A DNA stretch of 48,210 bases from Thermoplasmata archaeon (GTDB lineage: Archaea > Thermoplasmatota > Thermoplasmata > Lutacidiplasmatales > UBA184), in the NCBI GenBank assembly GCA_037916495.1, contig JBAIXP010000091.1, positions 1-48,210 of the forward strand, read 5' to 3'. The position numbers and the translations under genes were made by a program. Positions 1 through 8,417 of this stretch are shown here, one piece after another. Below the pieces are notes generated by a model. The model had not been told where the DNA came from, made no database searches, and saw nothing but the letters and a program-made list of their open reading frames with translations. Position 1 is the stretch's first letter. Each line of letters opens with the position of its first letter.

Positions 1-393
1 GACTTCTGGTCGCTCGTGATGATCTTCACCCTCAACGCCACGATGATCGGGTTCGGCTACCTCATGGAGAAGCTGAACCAGTACTCCGCCCGGACCGACT
101 GGTCCCCCTTCGTCCTGGGGTCGATCAGCGGAGGGGTCCCCTGGCTGGTCCTGTTGGCCAATTTCACGGCGCTCGCGACCTCCTCCGACCTGCGACCCCC
201 GGCGTTTGTCTACGCGATCGTCGCCGTCTACTTCGTGCTGTTCAACATCTTCGCCGTCAACATGGCCCTGCAGTACCGCGGGGTCGGTCCCTGGAAGGAC
301 TACCTGTACGGCGAACGTGCCTACATTCTGCTCAGTCTGGTAGCGAAGAGCACGCTCGCCTGGATCGTGTTCGCGGGCGTCTTTGCACCGTAA
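1..393 (+). CDS. Heliorhodopsin, C-terminal part (TM5-TM7); 5' end cut by window edge
   Basis: Frame +1 is open from base 1. The translation ...NATMIGFGYLMEK...GGVPWLVLL...FNIFAVNMALQYRGVGPWKDYLYGERAYILLSLVAKSTLAWIVFAGVFAP matches, as I recall it, the C-terminus of heliorhodopsin 48C12 (NASMILFGWLQEK...RGERAYIVLSLVAKSALAWQIF) almost position for position. The match includes the retinal Schiff-base Lys (AAG 346-348). Confidence 0.85.
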   Translation, partial: DFWSLVMIFTLNATMIGFGYLMEKLNQYSARTDWSPFVLGSISGGVPWLVLLANFTALATSSDLRPPAFVYAIVAVYFVLFNIFAVNMALQYRGVGPWKDYLYGERAYILLSLVAKSTLAWIVFAGVFAP

Positions 394-662
394 GCCGTCG
401 CCCGAAAGGACCCGCGTTCCGCCCCGACCGCGTTGAGGGAGCTATCCTCGGCGCGAAGAACGGTCCGATGATCTGCCGACCTCCCTGGCCGACGGTCGTG
501 CCGAAGGAGTTCCCAAGGACCCCAAGACCTCTCTCGAGGTGTCCACGCAGTGCCCTCTCCCGACGCTAGGGACCGGGGCGAGAGCGCCCCGTTCCGTGGC
601 TCGACCAGTTCGTGGTGCCCGCGCTACTGCGGATTCAAGACCTCCGGCCGGCTCGAACGGTC

Positions 663-1310
663 ATGACGTCCGCTTCGGCCCCGGCCTACGGTGCTCCCGA
701 CCCGAAGTACGCCCACCTCGCTTCCGACGCCCAGGTCGACCACGCCGCGAAGCAGTTGCGCGAGCACGGATTCGAAGTCGTGGTGGTCGCCGACGGAGCC
801 GAGGCGCAGCGCGAGGTCCTTTCGCGTCTCCCCCCCGGCTCCGAGGTCCTCGACGAAACGTCTCGAACGCTCGAGGAGACGGGCATCTTGGAGGCACTCT
901 CCGAGCGCTCCGACATCTCCCTACTGAAGCCGAAGCTGCGCGCGATGGATCGGTCGAAGCAGGGCGACGAGATCCGGCGACGGTCGCAGGCTCCCGGCGT
1001 CGCGTTAGGAAGCGTTCACGCGATCACCGAGGACGGTCAAGTGTTGGTGGCCTCGGCGACGGGCGGTCAACTGGGGCCGTACGCCTTCGGAGCCGCCCGC
1101 GTGATCTGGGTTGCAGGGACCCAGAAGATCGTCCCCCGGCTCGCGGACGGTCTCGACCGATTGGAACACTATGCGCTCCCGCTCGAGGACGCACGGGCGC
1201 GCGTCGCGTACGGCGTGGGCAGCGCGCTCAACCGCATTCTGATCTTCCGTACGGAGGACCAGCCGGGCCGGACGACGCTCATCCTCGTCAAGCAGAAGCT
1301 TGGGTTCTGA
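663..1310 (+). CDS. LUD-domain (LutC/YkgG-like, DUF162) protein
   Basis: ORF 612..1310, first ATG at 663. High GC3 coding signal. The segments GFEVVVVADGAEA..., SVHAITEDGQVLVASATGGQL and TTLILV resemble the LUD fold from memory. Family assignment not verified. Confidence 0.55.
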   Translation: MTSASAPAYGAPDPKYAHLASDAQVDHAAKQLREHGFEVVVVADGAEAQREVLSRLPPGSEVLDETSRTLEETGILEALSERSDISLLKPKLRAMDRSKQGDEIRRRSQAPGVALGSVHAITEDGQVLVASATGGQLGPYAFGAARVIWVAGTQKIVPRLADGLDRLEHYALPLEDARARVAYGVGSALNRILIFRTEDQPGRTTLILVKQKLGF

Positions 1311-1449
1311 TCCGGCCGGCTTTCCCCCGACGGGGTACGTCGACTCGTCGACGGAGGGCAGGAAGAAGGTCCGCCTCGGGTTCGGATCCGGGCGCTCTTG
1401 AAACGGGCTTGCCCCTTCCCGCCGCACCAGTCGGGCAACTGACCGGCCA

Positions 1450-3492
1450 CTAGTCGGCTCGAACTTGCGATACCACGGCGGGGGCGACGAACTGGGACGG
1501 ATCTCCACCGGCCACGGGCAGGAGCAGGACGTACTGCAAGACGACGTAGTGGACGAGCGCGCTGCTGTTGGCGACGAAGGTGCCGGAGGCTGGGCTCAAC
1601 GGCGGGCCGGGGGTCTCGTAGTCGGTAAAGTTGTAGGATCCGTTGACCAGATGGAAGACGATCGAATGCCGTGTGGTGCACGAGCTCAGGTTCATGGGAC
1701 CGACGACGTTCACGCAGAGCGTGGGGGCGGGCGTCCCTTGGACGAGGTTGACAAAAACCACCTTCTCGGTCACCGGGTGAAACAGCACCGCGCGCAGGAG
1801 GCCATGGCCCGGTACGCCCAGAGAACCGTACGACGGACCGGCGAAGAAGATCCCGGAGTCCACCTCTATGCTGAAGTTGTACCGCGCGCCATGGGGGAGC
1901 ACGAAGGTGACACTGGACCCCGCCGTCCAGCTCGTGAGGACGCTCGGGTCGGCCCCCGGGCCTCGGGGGGTGAGCGTGACCGACCACTTGCCGACCGGCG
2001 GAAGGCCCGGCAAGCGGGACGCGTCGCGTCCCGAGAAGGTCACGTTCTCCAACGCTCCAAAATGGATGACGATTTTCGTCGGCCCCGATACGTTCGCCGT
2101 CGAGAACGACGGCACGCCGGGCCCGCTCACCCGCGAGACCGCGTACCCCGGGGGGGCGGAGACCGCGAAGTCGACCGTTCCGTTCGCCAGCTCGAAGGCG
2201 ATCGGGTTCGATCCGTTTGACCCGACCGTCGCCGTACCAGCCATGGCGGCGGGCCAGAGAATGGTGATCCCCCAGACGAGTCCGGGACCGAGGCCCGTGG
2301 ATTTGAACAACACGGGGACGCAGGACGCGAGATGGAACTGCACCAACACAAGGACGCCCGAGCCGTTCACGACCACAGTGCCCGCGGACGGCGCGCCCGC
2401 CAAGGAGCAAGAAGAATCTGCGACGCCGAAACGGTAGGTCCCGTTCGGTTCCGAGAACGTCACCTGTCCGTACGTCGCCATCGAGAACGAACCGATCGTC
2501 GTGTTATCCGAGACTTGTGCCGGAGTACCGAGCTCGACGAACCAGGTGTTACCGCCCGGCAACCCCGTGGCATTGAACGAGACGTTGTAGCAGACCGAGC
2601 ACGGGCTCACGAGCGACATGTTGAGAGCGTAACTGTCGACGGTCGACAGGACCCCCACTCGCGTGGTGTTGTTCCAAGGGAGGAGCGTCGTCCACGCGAG
2701 GCTCGTGTCGAACGCCACATCGACGCTCCCACCCCCCATCACGAGCGGTGAGCGTACGAAGAACGTCTGCGGAACCGGGGTGGCGCCGGGGAAATCGATC
2801 GTCAACGAGTAGGTCGTGCCGAGGGGGGCCGAGACGTTGAACCCCACGTCGACCTGGAACACCCGGTCGTCCGGGAGCCAGCCCGTCTCGTTGGGGTGCC
2901 AGAACACCGAGCTGTTCACCGGAGCGCCCGAACTCCAGTTCGAGACGAACGCCGTGAGTTCGTTCGAACCGAAGAAGACGCATCCCGGGTAGCTGGTAAC
3001 GTTCAAGGAAAGCGGTGGACAGCCCACGACCGGGGAAGACCCGTTCGCATAGCTCGTCGCGTTCGTCAGGTTGGAGGTCCACGTGCTGGAGATCTCGCCA
3101 TGGTTCACGCCGTTCAGACACAGGCCCGACATCGAACCTGAGACGAGGGCCGGGTTGGTCGGCGACGTCCCGCTCGAAGGGTCTTGGCAGGGGCCGGACC
3201 CGAACCAGGGCAACAAGCCCGCGAACGTCGCCCCCGCAGAGACGACACGTACGCCGTACGGGAGCTGGACTGCGGGCGTGGCGTGGATCATCGTGTCCAT
3301 GCCCCCCGTCGAAACGGTGTGGGACGGGGCCGCCGGAACGGTAGCCCCAAGATGGGTCGGATGCACGGCGACCGTTCCGACCGTGAAAAGACCCGCTGTG
3401 AGGACGAGCGCTGTGACGGCCACGACGGCGGCGAACTTGCGGGGTCGGCGCCGCACGAAGGGCGCCGCGGGGTACGGCCGTGTACGGTGCAT
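1450..3492 (-). CDS. Cell-surface glycoprotein with N-terminal signal/anchor and thermopsin-type beta-sandwich repeats
   Basis: 680-aa ORF. Basic N-terminus followed by a hydrophobic helix (RRRPRKFAAVVAVTALVLTAGLFTV). About two dozen N-X-S/T sequons. The C-terminal half consists of repeats of the type V.F..(T)GLP.G..W.V......F....NG.Y.F. Confidence 0.75.
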   Translation of the reverse strand: MHRTRPYPAAPFVRRRPRKFAAVVAVTALVLTAGLFTVGTVAVHPTHLGATVPAAPSHTVSTGGMDTMIHATPAVQLPYGVRVVSAGATFAGLLPWFGSGPCQDPSSGTSPTNPALVSGSMSGLCLNGVNHGEISSTWTSNLTNATSYANGSSPVVGCPPLSLNVTSYPGCVFFGSNELTAFVSNWSSGAPVNSSVFWHPNETGWLPDDRVFQVDVGFNVSAPLGTTYSLTIDFPGATPVPQTFFVRSPLVMGGGSVDVAFDTSLAWTTLLPWNNTTRVGVLSTVDSYALNMSLVSPCSVCYNVSFNATGLPGGNTWFVELGTPAQVSDNTTIGSFSMATYGQVTFSEPNGTYRFGVADSSCSLAGAPSAGTVVVNGSGVLVLVQFHLASCVPVLFKSTGLGPGLVWGITILWPAAMAGTATVGSNGSNPIAFELANGTVDFAVSAPPGYAVSRVSGPGVPSFSTANVSGPTKIVIHFGALENVTFSGRDASRLPGLPPVGKWSVTLTPRGPGADPSVLTSWTAGSSVTFVLPHGARYNFSIEVDSGIFFAGPSYGSLGVPGHGLLRAVLFHPVTEKVVFVNLVQGTPAPTLCVNVVGPMNLSSCTTRHSIVFHLVNGSYNFTDYETPGPPLSPASGTFVANSSALVHYVVLQYVLLLPVAGGDPSQFVAPAVVSQVRAD
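1531..2589 (-). repeat. Four tandem ~85-90-aa protein-level modules (YNVSFNATGLPGGNTWFV..., VLFKSTGLGPGLVWGI..., VTFSG...GKWSVTL..., VVFVNLVQG...)
   Basis: Read directly in the translation of residues ~302-654. The same module type recurs in the 43034..45820 protein. Confidence 0.6.
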
Positions 3493-3543
3493 CCTCCCGG
3501 GCCCCCGAGGAGAAGCACGGATGGGGCTTTAGCCGTGCCGCCG

Positions 3544-3552
3544 AGATATTCC
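3544..3552 (-). promoter_or_regulatory. GGAATATCT motif upstream of surface glycoprotein gene, followed by TATA-like CTAAAG (3527-3532)
   Basis: The 9-mer lies 51 nt upstream of the ATG at 3492. The identical 9-mer lies 50 nt upstream of the ATG of the paralogous gene at 43034. AT-rich islands like this are rare in this GC-rich DNA. Confidence 0.4.
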
Positions 3553-3661
3553 GTACGGGCGAAGGGGTCTGGAACGGGGATTCTCCCGCGAACCCGGCTC
3601 CCGAGCTCTGTGCGACGACCGGCGAGTCGAGAAACGTGGCTCCCTACCGAGCGTTAGGGCA

Positions 3662-3734
3662 TGGGCCGGGGCGGATTCGAACCGCCGACCTCCGCGTTGT
3701 AAGCGCGGCATCTTCACCCCTCGACTACCGGCCC
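3662..3734 (-). tRNA. tRNA-Val (anticodon TAC)
   Basis: Manual cloverleaf: acceptor GGGCCGG/CCGGCCC, anticodon arm CCGCG-CTTACAA-CGCGG, T arm GGCGG-TTCGAAT-CCGCC, discriminator A. No encoded CCA. The D stem has 3 pairs. Confidence 0.9.
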
Positions 3735-5581
3735 TGTTCGGGGGGAGCGAGCCTCTCGGTCTTGTCGGTGTCGGCCGACGGGTGGCGGCGGTGGCGCACC
3801 TTGACCGCGACGCCGCGCCCGAACCCGAGCATGAGCCGCCCGGCGAGGGCGGCCTCCCCGACGCCCGTGAACCTGCCGTCCTGATAGACGCCGACCGAGT
3901 CCCCCGCCCGGATCCGATCGTCGGCCCCCCGGACCCCGGGCACGAAGAGGTCGCCCTGGAGGGTGATCGCAGGGTCGGCGTCGACCCGAAGGAGCGCGTC
4001 GCCGAGCCGCTCCGCCCCCGCCGTGGTGAGGTGGAGGAGCCCGCGCTCCTCGCGGACGGTCGCGAGGTCCTGCCGGCCGTCGGTGAACCTCAGGAACCAG
4101 GGACGACCGACCAGCCGGGCCGGGGGGACGATGAGGCGGCGGGCGGCCTCCTCGCCGAGCTGCACCGCGGCGAGCGCGGCGAATTCCTCGAGTGCGACGG
4201 TGCGGAAGCCGCCCGGCACGAACGGGGCCTCCGCGAGGAGACGCGCGAGCTCGTTCCGAAGCCGGTCGAGGGCCGCCCCCGAGGTCGTACGGTGGTCGCT
4301 TAGAGTGGAGACGGCGGGAAGCGTGGCCGGCACCGCCTCCCGAAGGAAGGCGTACTCCTGCGGGTCGAGGTGGAGGACGGCCGCACGGTAGCGACCGTGG
4401 CGGAGGATCGAACCGAGGCCCCGAGTCACGTACTCCCGCTCGGTCGCCGACCAGTCGCCGGTGACAGGGACGTCGTAGTGGCGGGCGGGAGGGACGTCCT
4501 CGAGCTCCCGGGGGACGAGACCCAGGGGAGAACTCACCGAGACGAGATGGACCCGCTCGACCCCGGGGAGCCCCTCGAGGGCATGGGCGATCCGACGGTG
4601 GGACGGCGAGACCCGGTACGGCTTCGTCCTCGAGCACGGCACCAAAAGGAGGATCGACTTCGAGGGCGGGGGCCGGTACCGTTCGAGGAACCGGGCGCGG
4701 AACCGCTGCATCTCGGGCCGGCGGTGCGACTCGGTAAGGACGTAGGTGTGCCGGCCTGCCCCCGTGACCGGGGTCCTCTCCTCGAGCAGCGGGTAGAGGT
4801 CGCGGTCGGCGTACCGGAGGTGCTCGGCGTTCGCGGGCTCGGCGATCTGCCGGGCCTCGGCGAGCTCCCGCAGGAACCCCCGCCGGAGCGCGTCGCGTGT
4901 CTCGGAGAGCGAACGTGCGTAGAGTTGCCGAGCGTGCTCGACAAGCCGGGACGGCCCGCCGGACGCGCAGCCGGTGCAGCCGCACGGCGAAGGGGGCTCG
5001 GTCCCGACCGGCTTCCGGGCCCCGAGCGCGAGGTCGAAGAAGACCCCGTCCGCCGCCTCGAGGAGACCCTCCGTGGTGTCCGTGACGTCGACGCCGAGGT
5101 AGGCGAGCAAAGGTAGGCGGTGCGGCAGCGCGACCCGAGGGGCCCAGAGGAGCGGTTCGGGTCCCACGGCCTCGCGGAGCGCCCGGATCGCCTCGACGAA
5201 CGGAGCCCCTTCGTTCCAGAGCGCGCGCGCGTTCCCGAGGACGATGAGCTCGGGCCACTGGTCGCGGAGCGCCCGGAGGGCGGGCTCGGGTGCGGGGGCG
5301 TGAACGAGCACCGCCGCCGCGATGGAGGTCGGAAAGACACCTCCCGGGCTCGGGGCGATCTCGGGGGCGAGCACCGGCGTCGGAAGCTCCCAGGTCGTCG
5401 TGCCGGCTCGAAAGGCCGTCCGCCGCTCCCCGGCAGGAGCCGGGAGGCTCGCGATCGTTGGGCCAAGGGGTTCCGGGGGCGCGGTCGAAGTATCGAGCAC
5501 CGCAGGGACCGCGAGCGGTATCGGCCCGAGGGTGGCGGAGCCGAGGGCGGCAAGCCCCTCGAGCCGCTCGACCGACCGCAT
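3725..5581 (-). CDS. arcS: Archaeosine synthase ArcS (TgtA2-type: TGT-like domain, DUF5591, C-terminal PUA)
   Basis: The 837-aa ORF is trimmed to the ATG at 5581 (MRSVERLEGL), 30 nt after the upstream gene. Contains a Zn motif PCGCTGCA, the DUF5591 hallmark LLLVPCSRTKPY, and a PUA-like C-terminus (LFVPGVRGADDRIRAGDSVGV). The stop TAG (3725-3727) lies inside the tRNA-Val gene. Confidence 0.8.
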   Translation of the reverse strand: MRSVERLEGLAALGSATLGPIPLAVPAVLDTSTAPPEPLGPTIASLPAPAGERRTAFRAGTTTWELPTPVLAPEIAPSPGGVFPTSIAAAVLVHAPAPEPALRALRDQWPELIVLGNARALWNEGAPFVEAIRALREAVGPEPLLWAPRVALPHRLPLLAYLGVDVTDTTEGLLEAADGVFFDLALGARKPVGTEPPSPCGCTGCASGGPSRLVEHARQLYARSLSETRDALRRGFLRELAEARQIAEPANAEHLRYADRDLYPLLEERTPVTGAGRHTYVLTESHRRPEMQRFRARFLERYRPPPSKSILLLVPCSRTKPYRVSPSHRRIAHALEGLPGVERVHLVSVSSPLGLVPRELEDVPPARHYDVPVTGDWSATEREYVTRGLGSILRHGRYRAAVLHLDPQEYAFLREAVPATLPAVSTLSDHRTTSGAALDRLRNELARLLAEAPFVPGGFRTVALEEFAALAAVQLGEEAARRLIVPPARLVGRPWFLRFTDGRQDLATVREERGLLHLTTAGAERLGDALLRVDADPAITLQGDLFVPGVRGADDRIRAGDSVGVYQDGRFTGVGEAALAGRLMLGFGRGVAVKVRHRRHPSADTDKTERLAPPEQGR

Positions 5582-5610
5582 CGTCGGGCTCTCGAACCCG
5601 GGGGCCCGCC

Positions 5611-5964
5611 CTAGTCCGCGGGCCGACCCTTCGGCGCTCGCGGCGGCTTGGCGGGGCGTGCGGTCGGCGGGAAGAACCCGACCCAGGAGGCGACGAGCGC
5701 CTCGCGGCGATCGGCTCCAGCCTCCGTGCGCCCGCGTCGGCCAAAGAGCGGGTCGTGCGCGTCCCGCACCGCCCGCAAGAACTCGGCGGGGCTTTCGCTC
5801 GCCCGTTCGAAGCCGTAGAGGATGAGCTCGCGCAAGAAACTCGACCGGCCCCGCCAGCCGATGCGGCGGCGGACCGCGGGGTTGAGGTGGCGCTTCGCGA
5901 GGCGCCAGACCTCGTTCGTCGTGCGGAAGTCGCGGGCCGAGAGGCTGATCATCACCTGCGGCAT
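5611..5964 (-). CDS. Small hypothetical protein, possibly ribbon-helix-helix-like
   Basis: 117-aa ORF with high GC3, lying between ubiA-like and arcS on the same strand. The N-terminus MISLSARDFRTTNEVWRLAKRHL...SSFLRELILYGFE has a strand-helix-helix look. No family recognised. Confidence 0.45.
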   Translation of the reverse strand: MPQVMISLSARDFRTTNEVWRLAKRHLNPAVRRRIGWRGRSSFLRELILYGFERASESPAEFLRAVRDAHDPLFGRRGRTEAGADRREALVASWVGFFPPTARPAKPPRAPKGRPAD

Positions 5965-6017
5965 CGTCCTGTCCTCCCGGGGGAGCGACCCCGCTCTTTA
6001 GTTCGCCGCCGCCGACC

Positions 6018-6893
6018 CTACCACCATGGGAGGTACACCGCCACGGCCATCGCGGCGAGGTAGACCACCCCGAACAGCATGTGGCGGCGGAACGGGCGGA
6101 GCACCTCGGTCGGCCGGCGGACCAGATCGCGATCGACGATGGCGGCCAGGACCGCGATCGCCCCGAGTCCCACGAAGTACGCGAGCCCGAGGCCCTCGAG
6201 GACCCCAAAGATGCCGAGAAGGAGGAGCGCGGCCGCATGGAGCGCGGCGACCAGCCGGACGGACCTCACGGGACCGAGCGCGAGGGGAAGCGAACGCAGG
6301 CCGAGCTCCCGGTCGCTCTCGAGGTCGCCCAGGCTGTGGATGGTCTCGAACGCGGTGCCCCAGGCGAGTACGCCGCCCACCGCCCAGAGGACGGCCCACG
6401 GGAGGGTGTCGGTCATCGCCACGTAGACCGCCGCGGGGGTGATCGCCTCGACCAACCCGAGGAAGACGGTCGTGAGGGAGGTGTAGCGCTTGGTGTAGCT
6501 GTAGCCGAGGACGATGGCCAGGGCGACCGGGGTGAGCGCGAGAGCGAGCGGGCTCAGGAGGTACGCCGCGGCCGCGACCAGCGCCGAGCTCGCGGCCGTG
6601 AGGAGGAGCGCCGTGCGGGGGGCGTACCGTCCCGAAACGAGCGCGCGGTCGCGCGTCCGCGGGTTCCGCCGGTCGTAGGCCAGGTCGGCCCAGCGGTTGA
6701 AGCTGTGACCGGCGTTACGCGCCCCCACGAACGCGACCACGAGGAGGGCGACCCGCCAGAGGTCGGGACGTCCTTCGGTCGCGATTAGGAGGAACGCCAG
6801 AGCGAGCGGAAGGTTGAGCCCGAGGTTCTGGATCTCGAGGAACCGGCCGAGCTCCCGGAGGGCCCCGCGCGGGGGCGGGCTCGGTGCGCTCAC
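6018..6893 (-). CDS. UbiA-family aromatic prenyltransferase (MqnP/UbiA-like)
   Basis: Multi-pass membrane protein with the UbiA-type motifs NAGHSFNRWADLAYDRRNPRT and GDLESDRELGLRSLP. The proposed GTG start at 6893 overlaps the ubiD-like stop (GTGA). The upstream part of the 325-aa ORF is R/G/P-rich and overlaps ubiD. Confidence 0.8.
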   Translation of the reverse strand: MSAPSPPPRGALRELGRFLEIQNLGLNLPLALAFLLIATEGRPDLWRVALLVVAFVGARNAGHSFNRWADLAYDRRNPRTRDRALVSGRYAPRTALLLTAASSALVAAAAYLLSPLALALTPVALAIVLGYSYTKRYTSLTTVFLGLVEAITPAAVYVAMTDTLPWAVLWAVGGVLAWGTAFETIHSLGDLESDRELGLRSLPLALGPVRSVRLVAALHAAALLLLGIFGVLEGLGLAYFVGLGAIAVLAAIVDRDLVRRPTEVLRPFRRHMLFGVVYLAAMAVAVYLPWW

Positions 6894-8371
6894 GTCGGCT
6901 TCCGGCCCACGAGACGCGCGAGGACCGGGTCGAGCGCGAGCGTCTTCTCGGCCGCCTCGACCGCGGCCGGATCGGACCGGATCTCCTCGGGCCACGGCCG
7001 GGGGAACCCGTCGTCGGGTCCCTTGCGGGTCGCGTCGATGCCGACCTTCCCGCCGAAGTTCGGGACCGGGTTCGAGATCGACAACTGGTCGACCGGACCG
7101 TCCACGTGGACGAGGTCGCGGGCCGGGTCGGCCTGGAGCCCGACGCGGTAGAGGACCTCGGTGAGGTCGTGGACGTCCACGTCGTCGTCGACGACGACGA
7201 GGTACCGCACGAACATCAGCTGGCCGAGCCCCCAGAGGGCGTGCATCACCTTGCGGGCGTGTCCGGGGTAGGCCTTGCGGATCGACACGATCCCGACGTT
7301 GATGAACAGGCCGGCCATCGGAAGGTCGAGGTCGACGACCTCGGGCAGGACGAGCCGGATGACCGGCAGAAAGATCTTCTCGACGGCCTTCCCGAGGACC
7401 GCGTCCTCGGTCGGAGGCTTTCCCGTGACGGTCCCGAGGTAGACGGGCCGCGCGCGGTGGGTCACGCGCGTCACGTGGAACACAGGGAACGGCTCGGGCG
7501 CGGAGTAGTAGCCGGTGTGGTCGCCGAACGGACCCTCGACCTTGCGTTCCTCCGGGTCGACGTAGCCTTCGAGGACGATCTCGGCCGAGGCCGGGACCTC
7601 AAGATCGATGCTCCGGGCCTTCACGAGCTCGACCGGCTCGGAACGCAAGAGGCCTGCGAACGCGAAGTTCGAGATCCCTTCGGGGACGGGCGCGAGCCCC
7701 GAGAAGACGGTCGCCGGGTCGGCGCCGATCACGGCGGCGACCGGCATCCGTTCCCCCCGGGCGGCCCATTTGCGGTAGTTGTTCGCGCCGACCCGGTGGA
7801 CCTGGAAATGCATGCCGAGCGTCGTGGGGGTGTACTGCTGGAGTCGGTAGATCCCCGCGTGGCTCGCGCCGGTCTCGGGGTCGGAGGTGATCACGACCGG
7901 GAACGTGACGGTCCGTCCGCCGTCCTTCGGCCAGCACTTGAGGATCGGCAGGCGGTCGAGGTCAACGTCCGGCTCCTCGACCTCCTGGCACGGGCCCGAG
8001 CGGACCCTTTTCGGCCCCAGGGAGCGTACGGTGGAGAGCGTCTCGAGGGTCCCGTCGAGGTCCTTTAGCGCCGCGCCGATCCCGCCGGGCGGTCGGAGCC
8101 GCGTGAGCTTTCCCACCCGGTCGGCGACCTCGTCGAGGCGTTCGGCGCCGAGGGCGAGCGCGATGCGCCGGGAGGAGCCGAGGACGTTGGTCGCGACCGG
8201 CATCGACGAGCCCCGGACATTCTCGAACAGGAGCGCCGGACCGTCCGCGCGAAGGACCCGCTGCGTCACCTCGGTGATCTCAAGATCGCGCGAAACGGGC
8301 GCCTTGACGCGCACGAGGTCGCCGCGCGACTCGAGCGCTTCGAGAAACTCCCCGAGCGAGGCGAACGGCAC
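6890..8371 (-). CDS. ubiD: UbiD-family (prenylated-FMN dependent) decarboxylase (MqnL/UbiD-like)
   Basis: 493 aa with a typical UbiD N-terminus (SLGEFLEALESRGDLVRVKAPVSRDLEITEV...LLFENVRGS) and full length. GTG start at 8371. Confidence 0.85.
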   Translation of the reverse strand: MPFASLGEFLEALESRGDLVRVKAPVSRDLEITEVTQRVLRADGPALLFENVRGSSMPVATNVLGSSRRIALALGAERLDEVADRVGKLTRLRPPGGIGAALKDLDGTLETLSTVRSLGPKRVRSGPCQEVEEPDVDLDRLPILKCWPKDGGRTVTFPVVITSDPETGASHAGIYRLQQYTPTTLGMHFQVHRVGANNYRKWAARGERMPVAAVIGADPATVFSGLAPVPEGISNFAFAGLLRSEPVELVKARSIDLEVPASAEIVLEGYVDPEERKVEGPFGDHTGYYSAPEPFPVFHVTRVTHRARPVYLGTVTGKPPTEDAVLGKAVEKIFLPVIRLVLPEVVDLDLPMAGLFINVGIVSIRKAYPGHARKVMHALWGLGQLMFVRYLVVVDDDVDVHDLTEVLYRVGLQADPARDLVHVDGPVDQLSISNPVPNFGGKVGIDATRKGPDDGFPRPWPEEIRSDPAAVEAAEKTLALDPVLARLVGRKPT

Positions 8372-8395
8372 GGCCGGTGCCGAGGCGCCCGCTCT

Positions 8396-8401
8396 CTTAA
8401 G
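8396..8401. promoter_or_regulatory. Palindromic AT-rich CTTAAG box in the 46-bp divergent intergenic region (possible shared TATA element)
   Basis: This is the only AT-rich element between ubiD (start 8371, 25 nt away) and the HTH_10 regulator gene. A similar TTTAAG box is at 11303-11308. Confidence 0.3.
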
Positions 8402-8417
8402 CCCGCGGCGCGGGAAG

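Noticed and set aside
5582-6238. N-terminal 219-residue extension of the ArcS ORF (837-aa version), and the overlapping 676-aa ORF 3714..5744
   Set aside because: The extension overlaps the 5611..5964 gene and the end of ubiA, and is R/G/P/S-rich. The ArcS homology starts at the ATG at 5581. The 676-aa ORF is an alternative frame with no motifs.
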